The translations under genes and the position numbers were made by a program. A model generated the notes under the pieces. It saw nothing but the letters and a program-made list of their open reading frames with translations. It made no database searches and had not been told where the DNA came from. A stretch of DNA of 64,000 nucleotides from Octopus vulgaris (Eukaryota): positions 143,964,001-144,028,000 of the forward strand of contig OX597815.1 in the NCBI GenBank assembly GCA_951406725.2, in the 5' to 3' direction. Below, piece after piece: positions 1-11,465 of the stretch (the stretch's first letter is position 1; each line of letters starts with the position of its first letter).

Positions 1-523
1 TTGGTTGTATCATTGGTGTTCTTCATGGTTAGCTACGCATGTGAATTTCTTTTACTAACCTTTAGTAGTCAGTGGTTGGGTATCTACTTATCTCCAACTT
101 TGTGTGCAAAGGATTTATATATATACATACATACATATATATATATAATTTATATATATATATATATATAAGTTTAACAATTAAGGATAATCTCTTAATA
201 AGGGATCTTAACAAGAAATTATCGGGTAGTTAGCGTGAAAACCTCATAAAAGAAAAGAATTCGAAAATAATTTTTTTCTTTTGAACAAATTAATTATATC
301 TATATTGTATAGAGGGCATTATTACACATAAATGCCTCACACTAAGAGGGACAAAGTCATTACTACCAAAATTATACTAATCATACCTAAATGCAGTTTT
401 TCAAAGCAAGACATTTAAAAAATGAATTTAGTTCTGTATCACCGTGATTTCACATTCAACTTACGTCTTATGATATATATATATATATACACATACATAT
501 ATATACCTATATATATATATATA

Positions 524-588
<65 letters not shown>

Positions 589-887
589 GCACTCACGCGT
601 AGATACAAATACACATATGCTCACATACAAATATATACCCACAAATACACTCGTACGGATATACATAGGTACGCATATACACACATGCATAAATACAATT
701 ATATACATACATATATACATCTACACAAACAAGTATCTACTTTCATGGACTGTAGGCACGTGGTGGGATATTTATGCATATAAACAGGAAGATAAGCACA
801 ATCCGATACCCGTACACATTTAGGTGAGGACGGGTGGGAATTTACTGAATTATTATTAGTTATATTATTTGACAGTGTTGGGTCTAG

Positions 888-953
<66 letters not shown>

Positions 954-1059
954 CAACCGGACAAACATATGTATATATATATAGCGAGAAACACATCGCT
1001 ACGAACGAACACTTAGGTAGGAGGTGGGGAAACTCCCCTCGAGGAAAATAAATGAAATC

Positions 1060-1100
<41 letters not shown>

Positions 1101-1289
1101 TGGGAAGCAAGCTTCTTACCACACAGCCCATGATTGTACTTCTGTGTGTGTGTGTGTGTGTGTGTGTGTACGTGGGCGTGTGTGTGTATTAAAAAATTAC
1201 GTCTATTGACATAAAATGATAGATATGTATATTAATTGCACGGATTGGCTTACCAATAACATTCTGGCTTGAACTACGAGGAAAGAAAA

Positions 1290-1680
1290 AAACATCTCTC
1301 TTTGACAATGGAAGGCAGAGGTACTGTTTTCAGTCATATTTGTTTATTTGTTTGTCCGTGGACAACATATCTCAAGAACCGCTAGATCGATTCGGATGAA
1401 ACTCTCAGGGATGTTTGGCCTTGTGGCTGGCACGAACTGATTAGATTTTGGGATCGACCCGGTACCGGACAAGGATTCTGGATTATTTTCCTGTTTTTTT
1501 TTTGTTTGTTTTTTTTTTACTTAATTTTTGAAAGCGATCGCGTTCACTTTTATTTTCTCGTTTGTGAGAATAGACGAGTTTATTTCAGATATTCTCATTT
1601 TAAAAATCATCTCTAGCTAATCGTTGAGAGGACGTTGGTGTTGCCTCGCCGAAGGTTTACGCTCAAGGATTGCTCTTGTT
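1290..1680. mobile_element. Helentron-associated (HINE/DINE-1-like) non-autonomous element
   Basis: GGCAGAGGTACTGTTTTC, a GTTT microsatellite, an ATATCTCAAGAACC...GATGAAACT core and a CCGAAGGTTTACGCTC...CTTGTT end. Recognised by architecture only. Confidence 0.5.
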
Positions 1681-1900
1681 AAGAATATTTTTGAGTCTTC
1701 ATCTTGAAAACGTTATATTCTTTTGACTGCGACCATGCTGGAGCACTGCCTTTAGTCGAAGAAATCGACACCAGGACTTATTCTTTGTAAACCTTGTACT
1801 TATACTATAGGTCACTTTTGCCGAACCGCTAAGTTACGGGGGCGCAAACACACTAACATCGGTTGTTAAGCGATGGTGTCGGGACAAACACAGACACACA

Positions 1901-1952
<52 letters not shown>

Positions 1953-1989
1953 TCTATGTGTGTATATAAAACGAGCTTCTTTCACTTTC

Positions 1990-2345
1990 CTATTTCTTTA
2001 TTGCCCACAAGGGTCTACACACAGAGGGGACAAACAAAAACAGACAAAGGTATTAAGTCGATCACATCGACCCCAGTGCATAACTGGTACTTAATTTATC
2101 GACCCCGAAAGGATGAAAGGCAAAGTCGACCTCGGCGGAATTTGAACTCAGAACCTAACAGCAGACGAAATACCTATTTCTTTACTACCCACAAGGGGCT
2201 AAACACAGAGAGAACAAACAAGTACAGACAAACGGATTAAGTTGATTATATCGACCCCAGTGCGTAACTGGTACTTAATTTATCGACCCCGAAAGATGAA
2301 AGGCAAAGTCGACCTCGGCTAACGTTTCTGCCAGCTCACCGCCTT
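1990..2345 (-). mobile_element. Two tandem/nested family B SINEs inside a family A SINE (tail 1715-1890, head 2345-2490)
   Basis: Repeated CCCACAAGGG...TATCGACCCCGAAAG...AGGCAAAGTCGACCTCGGC units. Confidence 0.8.
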
Positions 2346-3010
2346 TCAATTTCCGTCTACCAAATCCACTCATAAGGCCTTGGTCGGCCCGAGGCTATTG
2401 TAAGAAGACACTTGCCCAAGGTACCAAGAAAGGGGAACGAACCTGGAACCATATGGTTGGGAAGCAAGCTTCTTACCACACAGCCACTGCTGTTGGCTTT
2501 TATGTGGAAATCTTTGCTCAATGAGCAATGCACCATAATGCACAGCTTTTCTAGAAACAGTTGTATGAGACTTTGTGCATCGCTTCTTTTAGCCTTTATT
2601 TACTCCGAGAAATCTGGAATTACGCTTGAATTATAAATTGCACGCTCTAAAATGAAACCACATGTTTCGCCTGCTCGTTCTTTCTTTCCGATATAGGTGT
2701 GTGTCTATCTGATCTGTGTGTGTGTGCGTGCGTGGGTATATGTATGTATGCATATATATATGTATGAAGAAAACGATTGACCAAACTTCGAAGTCACTGT
2801 CATCTTGTCTATAAATGTATGCATACGCGTATGACTCCATCATTATTTCCACCACTGCTGTCACTATCTGTTGTGACGAGATCGACTTTGTCTTTCATTC
2901 TTTCGGGGTCGATACATTAAGTACCAGTTGCGTATTGAGGTCGATCTCATCGACTGGCTCCCTGCCCCCAAAATTTCAGGCCTAGTGCCTAGAGTTGTAA
3001 AGAATATCTA

Positions 3011-3261
3011 TTGTGGCGAGAGTCATTGAATTGGTAAATGGACTGGCCAAACTCTTGTAAAGAGTAGAGGACGGTAGAAGTCGACAGAGCGTTTTGGTAG
3101 TCTGAGGAGGTACTTCGGACAGAGCGTTTTGGTAGTCTCGCGAAGTACGTCGTGTGACTACCACAACGCACCCTGTCGACTACTACCGACCTCTACTCTT
3201 TATAAGAGTTCGGCTAGTCGATTCACCAATCCGCCAGGGGTGTCATTGACTCTCGCCACAA
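3011..3261. mobile_element. Foldback/MITE-like element with ~95-bp inverted arms and TGT...ACA ends
   Basis: 3011-3102 is an imperfect reverse complement of 3157-3261. There is an internal 21-bp direct repeat GACAGAGCGTTTTGGTAGTCT. Confidence 0.7.
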
Positions 3262-3649
3262 CAATACCCATACCAAAACTGCCACCAACTCCACCCACAG
3301 GGCCAACGTTGACAGCATAACCCCAGTAATATACCCAACACTTACTGAAAATGGGTCGTTTTGTCCTTATGTTTTTGATGCTGTTATCGTTGATAATGCT
3401 CACAACAACAATAACGTGTTGATGGCAGTAAGGTGAGTGAGATGGCAAAATCGATAACACACGGTACAGAATGGTTAGTGGCACTTCTTTCGGGTTTGTT
3501 CTGGGTTCAAATACCCACGAGGTCGACTTTGCCTTTCATCCTTTCAGGAGTCGATAAAATAATTACCACTTGAGCAATTGGGTCGATATCAATAAGACCA
3601 CCCACTGCACCCAAAATATCCGGCCTTGCACCTACACGAGAAAAATAGT

Positions 3650-3799
3650 GGTAACGGTGGTGACAATGGTGGTGGTGGTGATGGTGATGGTGATGGTAGT
3701 AGTAGTAGTAAAGCTGGTGGTGGTGAAGTGGTTATGGAAATCGTGCTAGTAGAAATAGTGGTGATGATGATGGTGGTATTGGTGGTAGTGGTGGTGATG

Positions 3800-3848
<49 letters not shown>

Positions 3849-4199
3849 CAACAGCAGCACCAGCAGCTCTCATAGAACTGTGCTGCTGGAGGAGTAGCAG
3901 TGGTTGTGGTTGTGGTGGTGGTGGTGGTGGTGGTGGTAGTGATGGCGGTGACCGCGTTAGTAGTAGTAGTAGTAGTAGTGATGGTAGCACTGATGTCAGG
4001 GTGGTGATGGTTGTAGTGGTGTTGTTGTCGTTGCTGTTGTTGTCGTCAGTGGTGGGGATGATGATGGTGGTGGTGGTAGTTGGGATAATGCTTGTCTTCA
4101 TTATATTTCTGTGTACATTATTTGTCGTTGCTGTGTCATTGTCGGCGTCATTTACCTTATTATTTATAGCTGTGTAGCTGTTTGGCATCGTTAGATTGA

Positions 4200-4262
<63 letters not shown>

Positions 4263-4305
4263 TATTGTTGTTGTTGTCATTATCATTATTATTATTATCG
4301 TTATT

Positions 4306-4398
<93 letters not shown>

Positions 4399-4567
4399 TA
4401 TGTTTCTGCTGTTATTGTTATTATTGCTATTCATATTCTTATTCTTTTTATTATTATTATTATTGTTATGTTGTTATTGCTGTTTGATATTTCGCGATAT
4501 CATTATGGTTGTTGTGAGTACTGTTGTTGTATTGTTACTCTTCTACATTGACGCTGCTCTAGCTGTT

Positions 4568-4661
<94 letters not shown>

Positions 4662-5886
4662 CGACGGCGGCGGCGGCGGTGGTGGTGGTGGTGTTGGTTT
4701 GGTGGTGGTTTGGTGGTGGTGGTGGTGGTGGTGGTGGTGGTGGTGGTGGTGGTAGTTGTTGTTGCTGTTTGTTTTTGTTGTCAATGTCACTGCTGCTCTT
4801 ATCATTGTTATTGTCATCGTCATCGTCGTCGTCGTTGTTGTTGTTGTAATGCTCTTCAAATCTCGGATATTAAGGGTTACATTAATCTAAGAACAATGCT
4901 AATTACCAATTTAGTTTTAAAAGGGGCCGATCTTCTGATAATAGACTCCTCAACTATTGAGATCCCTTGAGGTCCGCTCACTCCTCTGCCGCTGGCAGCG
5001 TTAATGAACCGCTCCAGGAGGTGGTGAGGGGACACACTTGACGCTGTATTACGTTTATTTATATGCTGCTTCGGATTGTTGTTGGAAAACCTTTACATAA
5101 CGACCGCAATCATGGTTGCTGCCACCAGCACCACCGCTACCCTGTCATACACTACAACCGTAACCACCCTCGCTCACATAGCTAGCATCAACATACCACC
5201 ACACCACCACCATCATAGTATCATCATCATCATCATCATCATCGCCATCGTCGTCGTCGTCATCATCACCATCATCATCATCGTTATCATCGTCGTCGAT
5301 GTCGTCATCATCATTTATCCATCATCATCATCATCATCATCATCATCGTCATCGTCATCGACGTCGCCGTTGTCATCATCACCATCATCATAGTCATCAT
5401 CATCATCGTTATCATCGTCGTCGATATCGTCATCATCATCATCATCATCATTATCATCATCATAGGACCATCACCATCACCATGCCACCGTTGTCGTCAC
5501 CATCATCATCATTTTCATCATCGCCGAAGGCGGCAGCGGCATCGTTGTTTATCATCTTCATCATCATGATCATTATTATCGTTATCGTCATCATTGTCGT
5601 CGTCGTCGGCATCGTCATCATCATCATCATCATCACCATGATCATCGTCATCATCATCGTCGTCACCATCATCATTATACGAATGTCAACAGATTCACCA
5701 CCGCATACACAATCATCCTCGTAACCACCACCTCCATACTACCACCACTACCATAACACCCCTATATTATCGCCTTCATTATCATCATCGTCATGCCACT
5801 ATCATCAGATTCGCCATCAACACCGTATGATCAACACCACCACCACCACTGACACCGCCATCACCACCGCTACTACTACTACTACC

Positions 5887-5922
<36 letters not shown>

Positions 5923-7210
5923 GCTACTACTACTACTACTACTATTACTATTGCTGCTACTGTTGCTACTACTACTAATACTAATACTACTACTGCCACA
6001 TTCAGTACCACCAACTCTACATACACCCTGATGAATACAACCAGCACCAACACCACCATTACCCCCATAAACACACCACCACCACCACCATCACCAACAC
6101 TACCGCCAACATCAACACCATCACCAACACCACCGCCAACATCAACACCACCACCACAACCAATGCAATCATCACCACCACCACCACCGCCATTACCACC
6201 ACAAACACAACCACCACAAACACCACCGCCACAAGCACCACCACCACAAACACTATCACCACCATCATCACCACTACCGCCAACATCAACACTACCACCA
6301 TCACCTCCACCACCATCATCACTGCAACCACCCCACCATCACAACCACCACCATCATCATCACCAGCATCATCACCACCACCATTACCACCACAAACACC
6401 ACCACCACCACCGTCAACTTCAACACCACCACCACCATCATTGTCACAACCAATACAAACCATCATCATCACCATCACCGCCATCACTACCATTGCTACC
6501 ACCATCAATTCAATACCATCTGAACTTCCGCTACCGCCATTATTCCTAACATCATCGCCTCCAACGTTTCCATCACCTGCATCTCCATCACCCCACTACC
6601 ACCACCCTCAGTACCATCACCACCAGCAAACCATCAACACATCACCATCGGGACGAATATCACATAAGTTATGGAGCTGTTTATTGTGGTTGGACAATGG
6701 CCTGGGGTGAAGTAACCACAAAGTCATCATCGTCATCATCATTATCATCATAGCCATTATCATATCATCAGTGTCATCGCCAGCACCATTATCACCCTCA
6801 TCCTCATCATCATAATCATCATCAATCGTCATCATCATCATCAATCATCATCATCATCATCATCATCATCAATCGTCATCATCATCATCAATCGTCATCA
6901 TCATCATCAATCGTCATCATCATCATCAATCGTCATCATCATCATCAATCGTCATCATCATCATCAATCGTCATCATCATCATCATCATCATCATCGTAT
7001 AACTATCACAATCACCATGCCAACATTGCCACCGTCGTCGTCGTCTCCATTATCATCATCATCATCATCATCATCATCAACATTATCATCATCATCATCA
7101 TCATTGTCTTCATCACCGTCATGGCAACAACACGGATCTTGATCAATAGTAGCCATTGAAACAAGAGTAATAACAATACAGCAACAACAACTACAACTAC
7201 AACAACGAGA
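3650..7210. repeat. Mosaic trinucleotide microsatellite field (GGT, AGT, ATT, ATC, GCA, ACC)
   Basis: Directly visible. Similar fields at 19280-20110, 35550-35720, 43075-43250, 52670-53045 and 59240-60770. Confidence 0.95.
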
Positions 7211-8035
7211 ACCGCAACAAATAACTCAGAGTAACAAGAGAAACAAAGAAAATAACTCCATAGAGTAACAAGTTTAATAGCATGGTGTAAGGAGAGAAAA
7301 TAGATGACAGAGCTAGACACAAGGTGGATGCATAGAAAGATCGGTGGAATATTTTTAGCCTCTACTTAGATCTATTGTAACCTCTAATTTTATCTTATAA
7401 CATGCTTCATATATATATATATTCATTTGATTGAACACCATGCATCCATTTCCAAGTAAGTCTATCTTAACCTTTTTGATGCGACTCTACTCTATACTGT
7501 TTTCTCGCCTATCCTCTCTAATTCCCTTTTTCTCTCTTTCACCGTTTTCTATTTGTCTCTTTCTTCTTCCCCTCTTTCTCTTTTTCTCTCTCTCTTTCTC
7601 GTTGCTCACACCTGAACATCGTCCATCTTTCTTTTCCTCACGTGACCATCTTTCTCTCTTGCACGGACGTTCTAAGGACTGGACGTTTCTCATCTCTCTC
7701 TTCTATCTTTTCTCTTTTCAAAGAAAATATTTCTCTCAGCGTTCACTATTTTCCCTTCGTTCATGTCTAACGACCCTCCATGTTTGTTTTCGTTTGGTTT
7801 CCTTGCATGTCTCTGCTGTCCTGTTTTTGTTCCTAACTTTGACCCTCCATAAATCCAAAGTTTTATTTAGCTATTTATGAGAGTCGATAGACAGCTGACA
7901 ACTGATGAAGGGTTATTCTTTGTATTACTTGTCCTTTTTTCTCTCGTTATTTGCGTATTTAACTCATTTGTTTTCGTATTTCATGTTGCTTATTGTTGGT
8001 GATGTGCTGTGCCCATGTATGCATATATATATGTA

Positions 8036-8585
8036 CGAGCAAAACGCTCCCCGTCCAATGGACGGTACTGAGTTGTCAAACATTTAAACCAAATTTTCTC
8101 AAAACAACTTGTCCGACCGTCCCATAGGCCTCCCCTTTGAGAAACACCGATTTAACCTAAATTTGAGACACCAGCAAAAGAAAAAATAACGATAGACTTT
8201 TTTCTATTCCAAAGAAAAACGATTTTATTCACACAAATATGCAACCGAAGTGTTTAAAGTACCAGTAATGATGAAGCTGTTGACTGGGAGAACACAAATA
8301 TGGTTTAAATAGTAAAGCTTGGCAGGAAAGAAACGTGCCTTTAAGCAGTACAAAAACAACAAAAAAATGGAAGGTGTAGTTATATACAGGTTGATGGAAG
8401 AAAAGCAGGACAAAACGGCTTTATTAATCGCATTCTCACCTGGAATCGATTTTTGTAATTTTTTCAAGATTTATACACGCCCTGATACCGTCGGTATCTA
8501 CATATCAAATTTGAGCGCAATCGGATGGAGGATGCCCGAGATCCGAGAAGACACACACATAGACAGACAGAACGGATTACATATA

Positions 8586-8588
<3 letters not shown>
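8036..8588 (-). mobile_element. Non-autonomous Helitron-like element
   Basis: Minus strand A|TC 5' end followed by GTCT repeats. 3' hairpin CCGTCC-ATT-GGACGG (8051-8065), then CTCG|T (one mismatch to CTRR). No TSD. Confidence 0.6.
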
Positions 8589-8620
<32 letters not shown>

Positions 8621-8626
<6 letters not shown>

Positions 8627-9313
8627 TAAGGGTAGAAATTGATATTAATCAATTAAAAACCAGTGGCCTAGCATATTTTTTAAAAAATCCGAAGATAAAA
8701 ATATTTTTACATACAAAATTTAGAGGACTGGCCACTAAAAGATGACAGCCTATATGCTAGATATAGACGTCCAAATCGCCATTTTCCACGAAGAATATGT
8801 TCCCAAGAAAAAAACTCAGCAAAAAACCAAAGTGTAAAAATAAGCAAGACAAATGAAAATATACAAAATAAAAAACGATTACCTATGTACTAATTAGTTT
8901 CACTTGTTAATATTTACGTATATGGACACGCAAACATTTGCAAGATCATCAGCATAGTCTGTCGTTTACAAAACATAATTCCCAAAACTAGATACAGAAC
9001 GCTCAACCGAAATCCAGTATGTATAAATTTCTACAAATTATATTTATGTGTATCCTTTCAAATGCCTTCACTTTGGCGTGCTGAGATTGGAAATTACTCT
9101 GCAGTTAATAAACTACAGCAGTCAATTTACCGGTTAGAGAACATTTTTTTATCTAAAATTAAATAAGGGTAGAAATTGATATTAATCAATTAAAACTAGT
9201 GGCCTAGCATATTTTTAAAAAATCCGAAGATAAATTTTTTTACATACAAAATTTAGAGGACTGATCACTAAAAGAGGACAGCCTATATGCTAGATATAGA
9301 CGTCAAAATCGCC
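8621..9313 (-). mobile_element. Non-coding element with ~160-bp direct repeats (8621-8780, 9158-9313) and an internal HHR
   Basis: Near-identical ATTAAATAAGGGTAGAAATTG...AAATCGCC blocks at a 537-bp period, with (TA)n on both sides. Confidence 0.75.
8883..8957 (-). ncRNA. Putative type I hammerhead ribozyme
   Basis: Minus strand: CUAUG-CUGAUGA-U-CUUG[13-bp hairpin]CAAG-U-GAA-ACUAAUUAGU-A-CAUAG. All three stems are present, with a GUA cleavage triplet and a U.U pair at 10.1/11.1. Confidence 0.75.
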
Positions 9314-9362
9314 GAAATAAAGGGAAAACAGAGGAAGAAAATCGCAACGATGCACACATGAT

Positions 9363-9458
<96 letters not shown>

Positions 9459-9913
9459 GGGTTATGAGAGGTGATGATGTCAATAAGACCCAATAATGTT
9501 GAGTAAGTGCTATGGATAGACCATAGTTTAGCTCCAGGTTCGGTGATTATGCGAATAAGAAGTCCAACGTAAGTCATATATCAGCATGTGTAGATAAAAA
9601 AAAAACCAAGGCTGAGAAGAATTTAGAACATTTATAAATAGAAAGCCTTAAGAGCATCACAGACCTGTTATCGCTCCGCCTGGTGCGGATTTCTGCCGCT
9701 AGGCATTATTATAGTATTGCGGTGGACACTTAGAGAATGATGGTCCCATTAACTGATGAAATCTCAGTAAAGATTGAAACAAACCCGGCTTCTCGATATT
9801 TTTCTTTCTATTCCGAGATTGTATAACAAAGAGAGTTCGGTGTTAAGTTGTAATTAATTTACGCACACACAAAGTTATACATACATACATACATACATAC
9901 ATACATACATACA

Positions 9914-10038
<125 letters not shown>

Positions 10039-10185
10039 TACATATACGTGTATGTGTGTGCGTGTTAGAGTGTGTCTATATGTATGCATGTATGAATATA
10101 TGAGTACGCATGTATGTGTGTTTGAGTGAATACACACCCTCACACGCATCTCTTTCTTGCTCTCTCTCTCTCTCTCTACATCTAC

Positions 10186-10228
<43 letters not shown>

Positions 10229-11067
10229 CATATATATATATGCATACATACATACATGCATACGTATATACATACATACATACGCAGATACACGATTGTG
10301 CGTACAAATGGACATTTATACATGCCAAAATGTTGAGAGCTCTTATCTATAAAATCTTTAAATCATATACAAACGTCGAAATCATGTATCGATACAAATT
10401 TGTTTGTTTATTTATGACACTTTTCTAGAACGATACGAGATAACTATTCTCTCAATAACATTTTCATATAATAACAGCGCTTTATAACATTGACTACATA
10501 TACTTGCATATTCATGAATTTGGATCTCCTTCGAGACGGAAATTCTATGGTTTATATAAAATGGAATATTTCATATAATGAATAATTTTGTCAACTGTCT
10601 ACAAATGTTTACTGATTGACTAACGATAATATTTCTTTTAACATGAAACCTATTAGGTCTAAACTCCATTACTTTTTGGCGTCGAGCAATGTTATAACTC
10701 TATACGTGTCCTTATATACACGTATGCATATATATATATATGTGAACGCGCGCGAGTGTCAGCGTGTGATTATATAAGTTAATACACACACTCACACACA
10801 CATACACACGCATATATATTTATCTCTTGGTAGATGGAATAGATAGATTTTTTGCTGATCCTAGCAATAACGAAACATTACACTAAATAGATAATTATGA
10901 ATACATAAAATATACACATATGTCTATTTGCATGTATTACGCATGTTTCACACGTTTTACTTTAGACCGGCCACCTGCTTTGTAGAAAGGTTGGGTAAGT
11001 CAGGATCTTGTTTTATTCATCATCCTTTAAATCTTAAGAAACCCTTGGAGAATTATCTATAGGTCCA

Positions 11068-11465
11068 GGCAAGGCTGTGTGATAAGAAGCTTGCTTCCCA
11101 ACCACATGATTCCGGGTTCAGTCCCACTGTGTGGTGCCTTGGGCAAGTGCCTTCTACTATAGTCTCGGGCCGTTCAAAGCTTCATGGGTGGATATTTGGT
11201 AGACGGAAACTGAAAGATGCCTGTCGTATATATATGTGTATATATGTGGGGGGGGGGTGCGTGTTTGTCCCCTATCACCGTTTGACAACCGATGTGGGTT
11301 TGTTTACTTCCCTGTAACTTAGCGGTTCAGTAAAAGATACTGATAAAATAAATACTAGCCTTCAAAAATAACTCCTGGGGTCGATTTGCTCGACTAAAAT
11401 CCCCCAAGGCGGTGCTCCAGCATGGCCGCAATCAAATGACTGAAAAAGTAAAATAATAAAAGAAT
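11068..11465 (+). mobile_element. Bipartite SINE (family A): tRNA-like head, internal microsatellite, conserved tail
   Basis: GGCTGTGTG..AAG, GGTTCAGTCCC B box, CCTTGGGCAAGTG; tail ...CCAGCATGGCCGCA.TCAAATGACTGAAA. More than ten copies or fragments occur in the window. Confidence 0.85.

Noticed and set aside
431-472. Half hammerhead on the minus strand (GAA-AUCACGGUGAU-A-CAGAAC)
   Set aside because: The CUGANGA core and the stem I partner are absent, possibly truncated at the (TA)n.
7902-7940. CTGATGA matches here and at ~22056
   Set aside because: No closing stem II with GAAA and no stems I or III.
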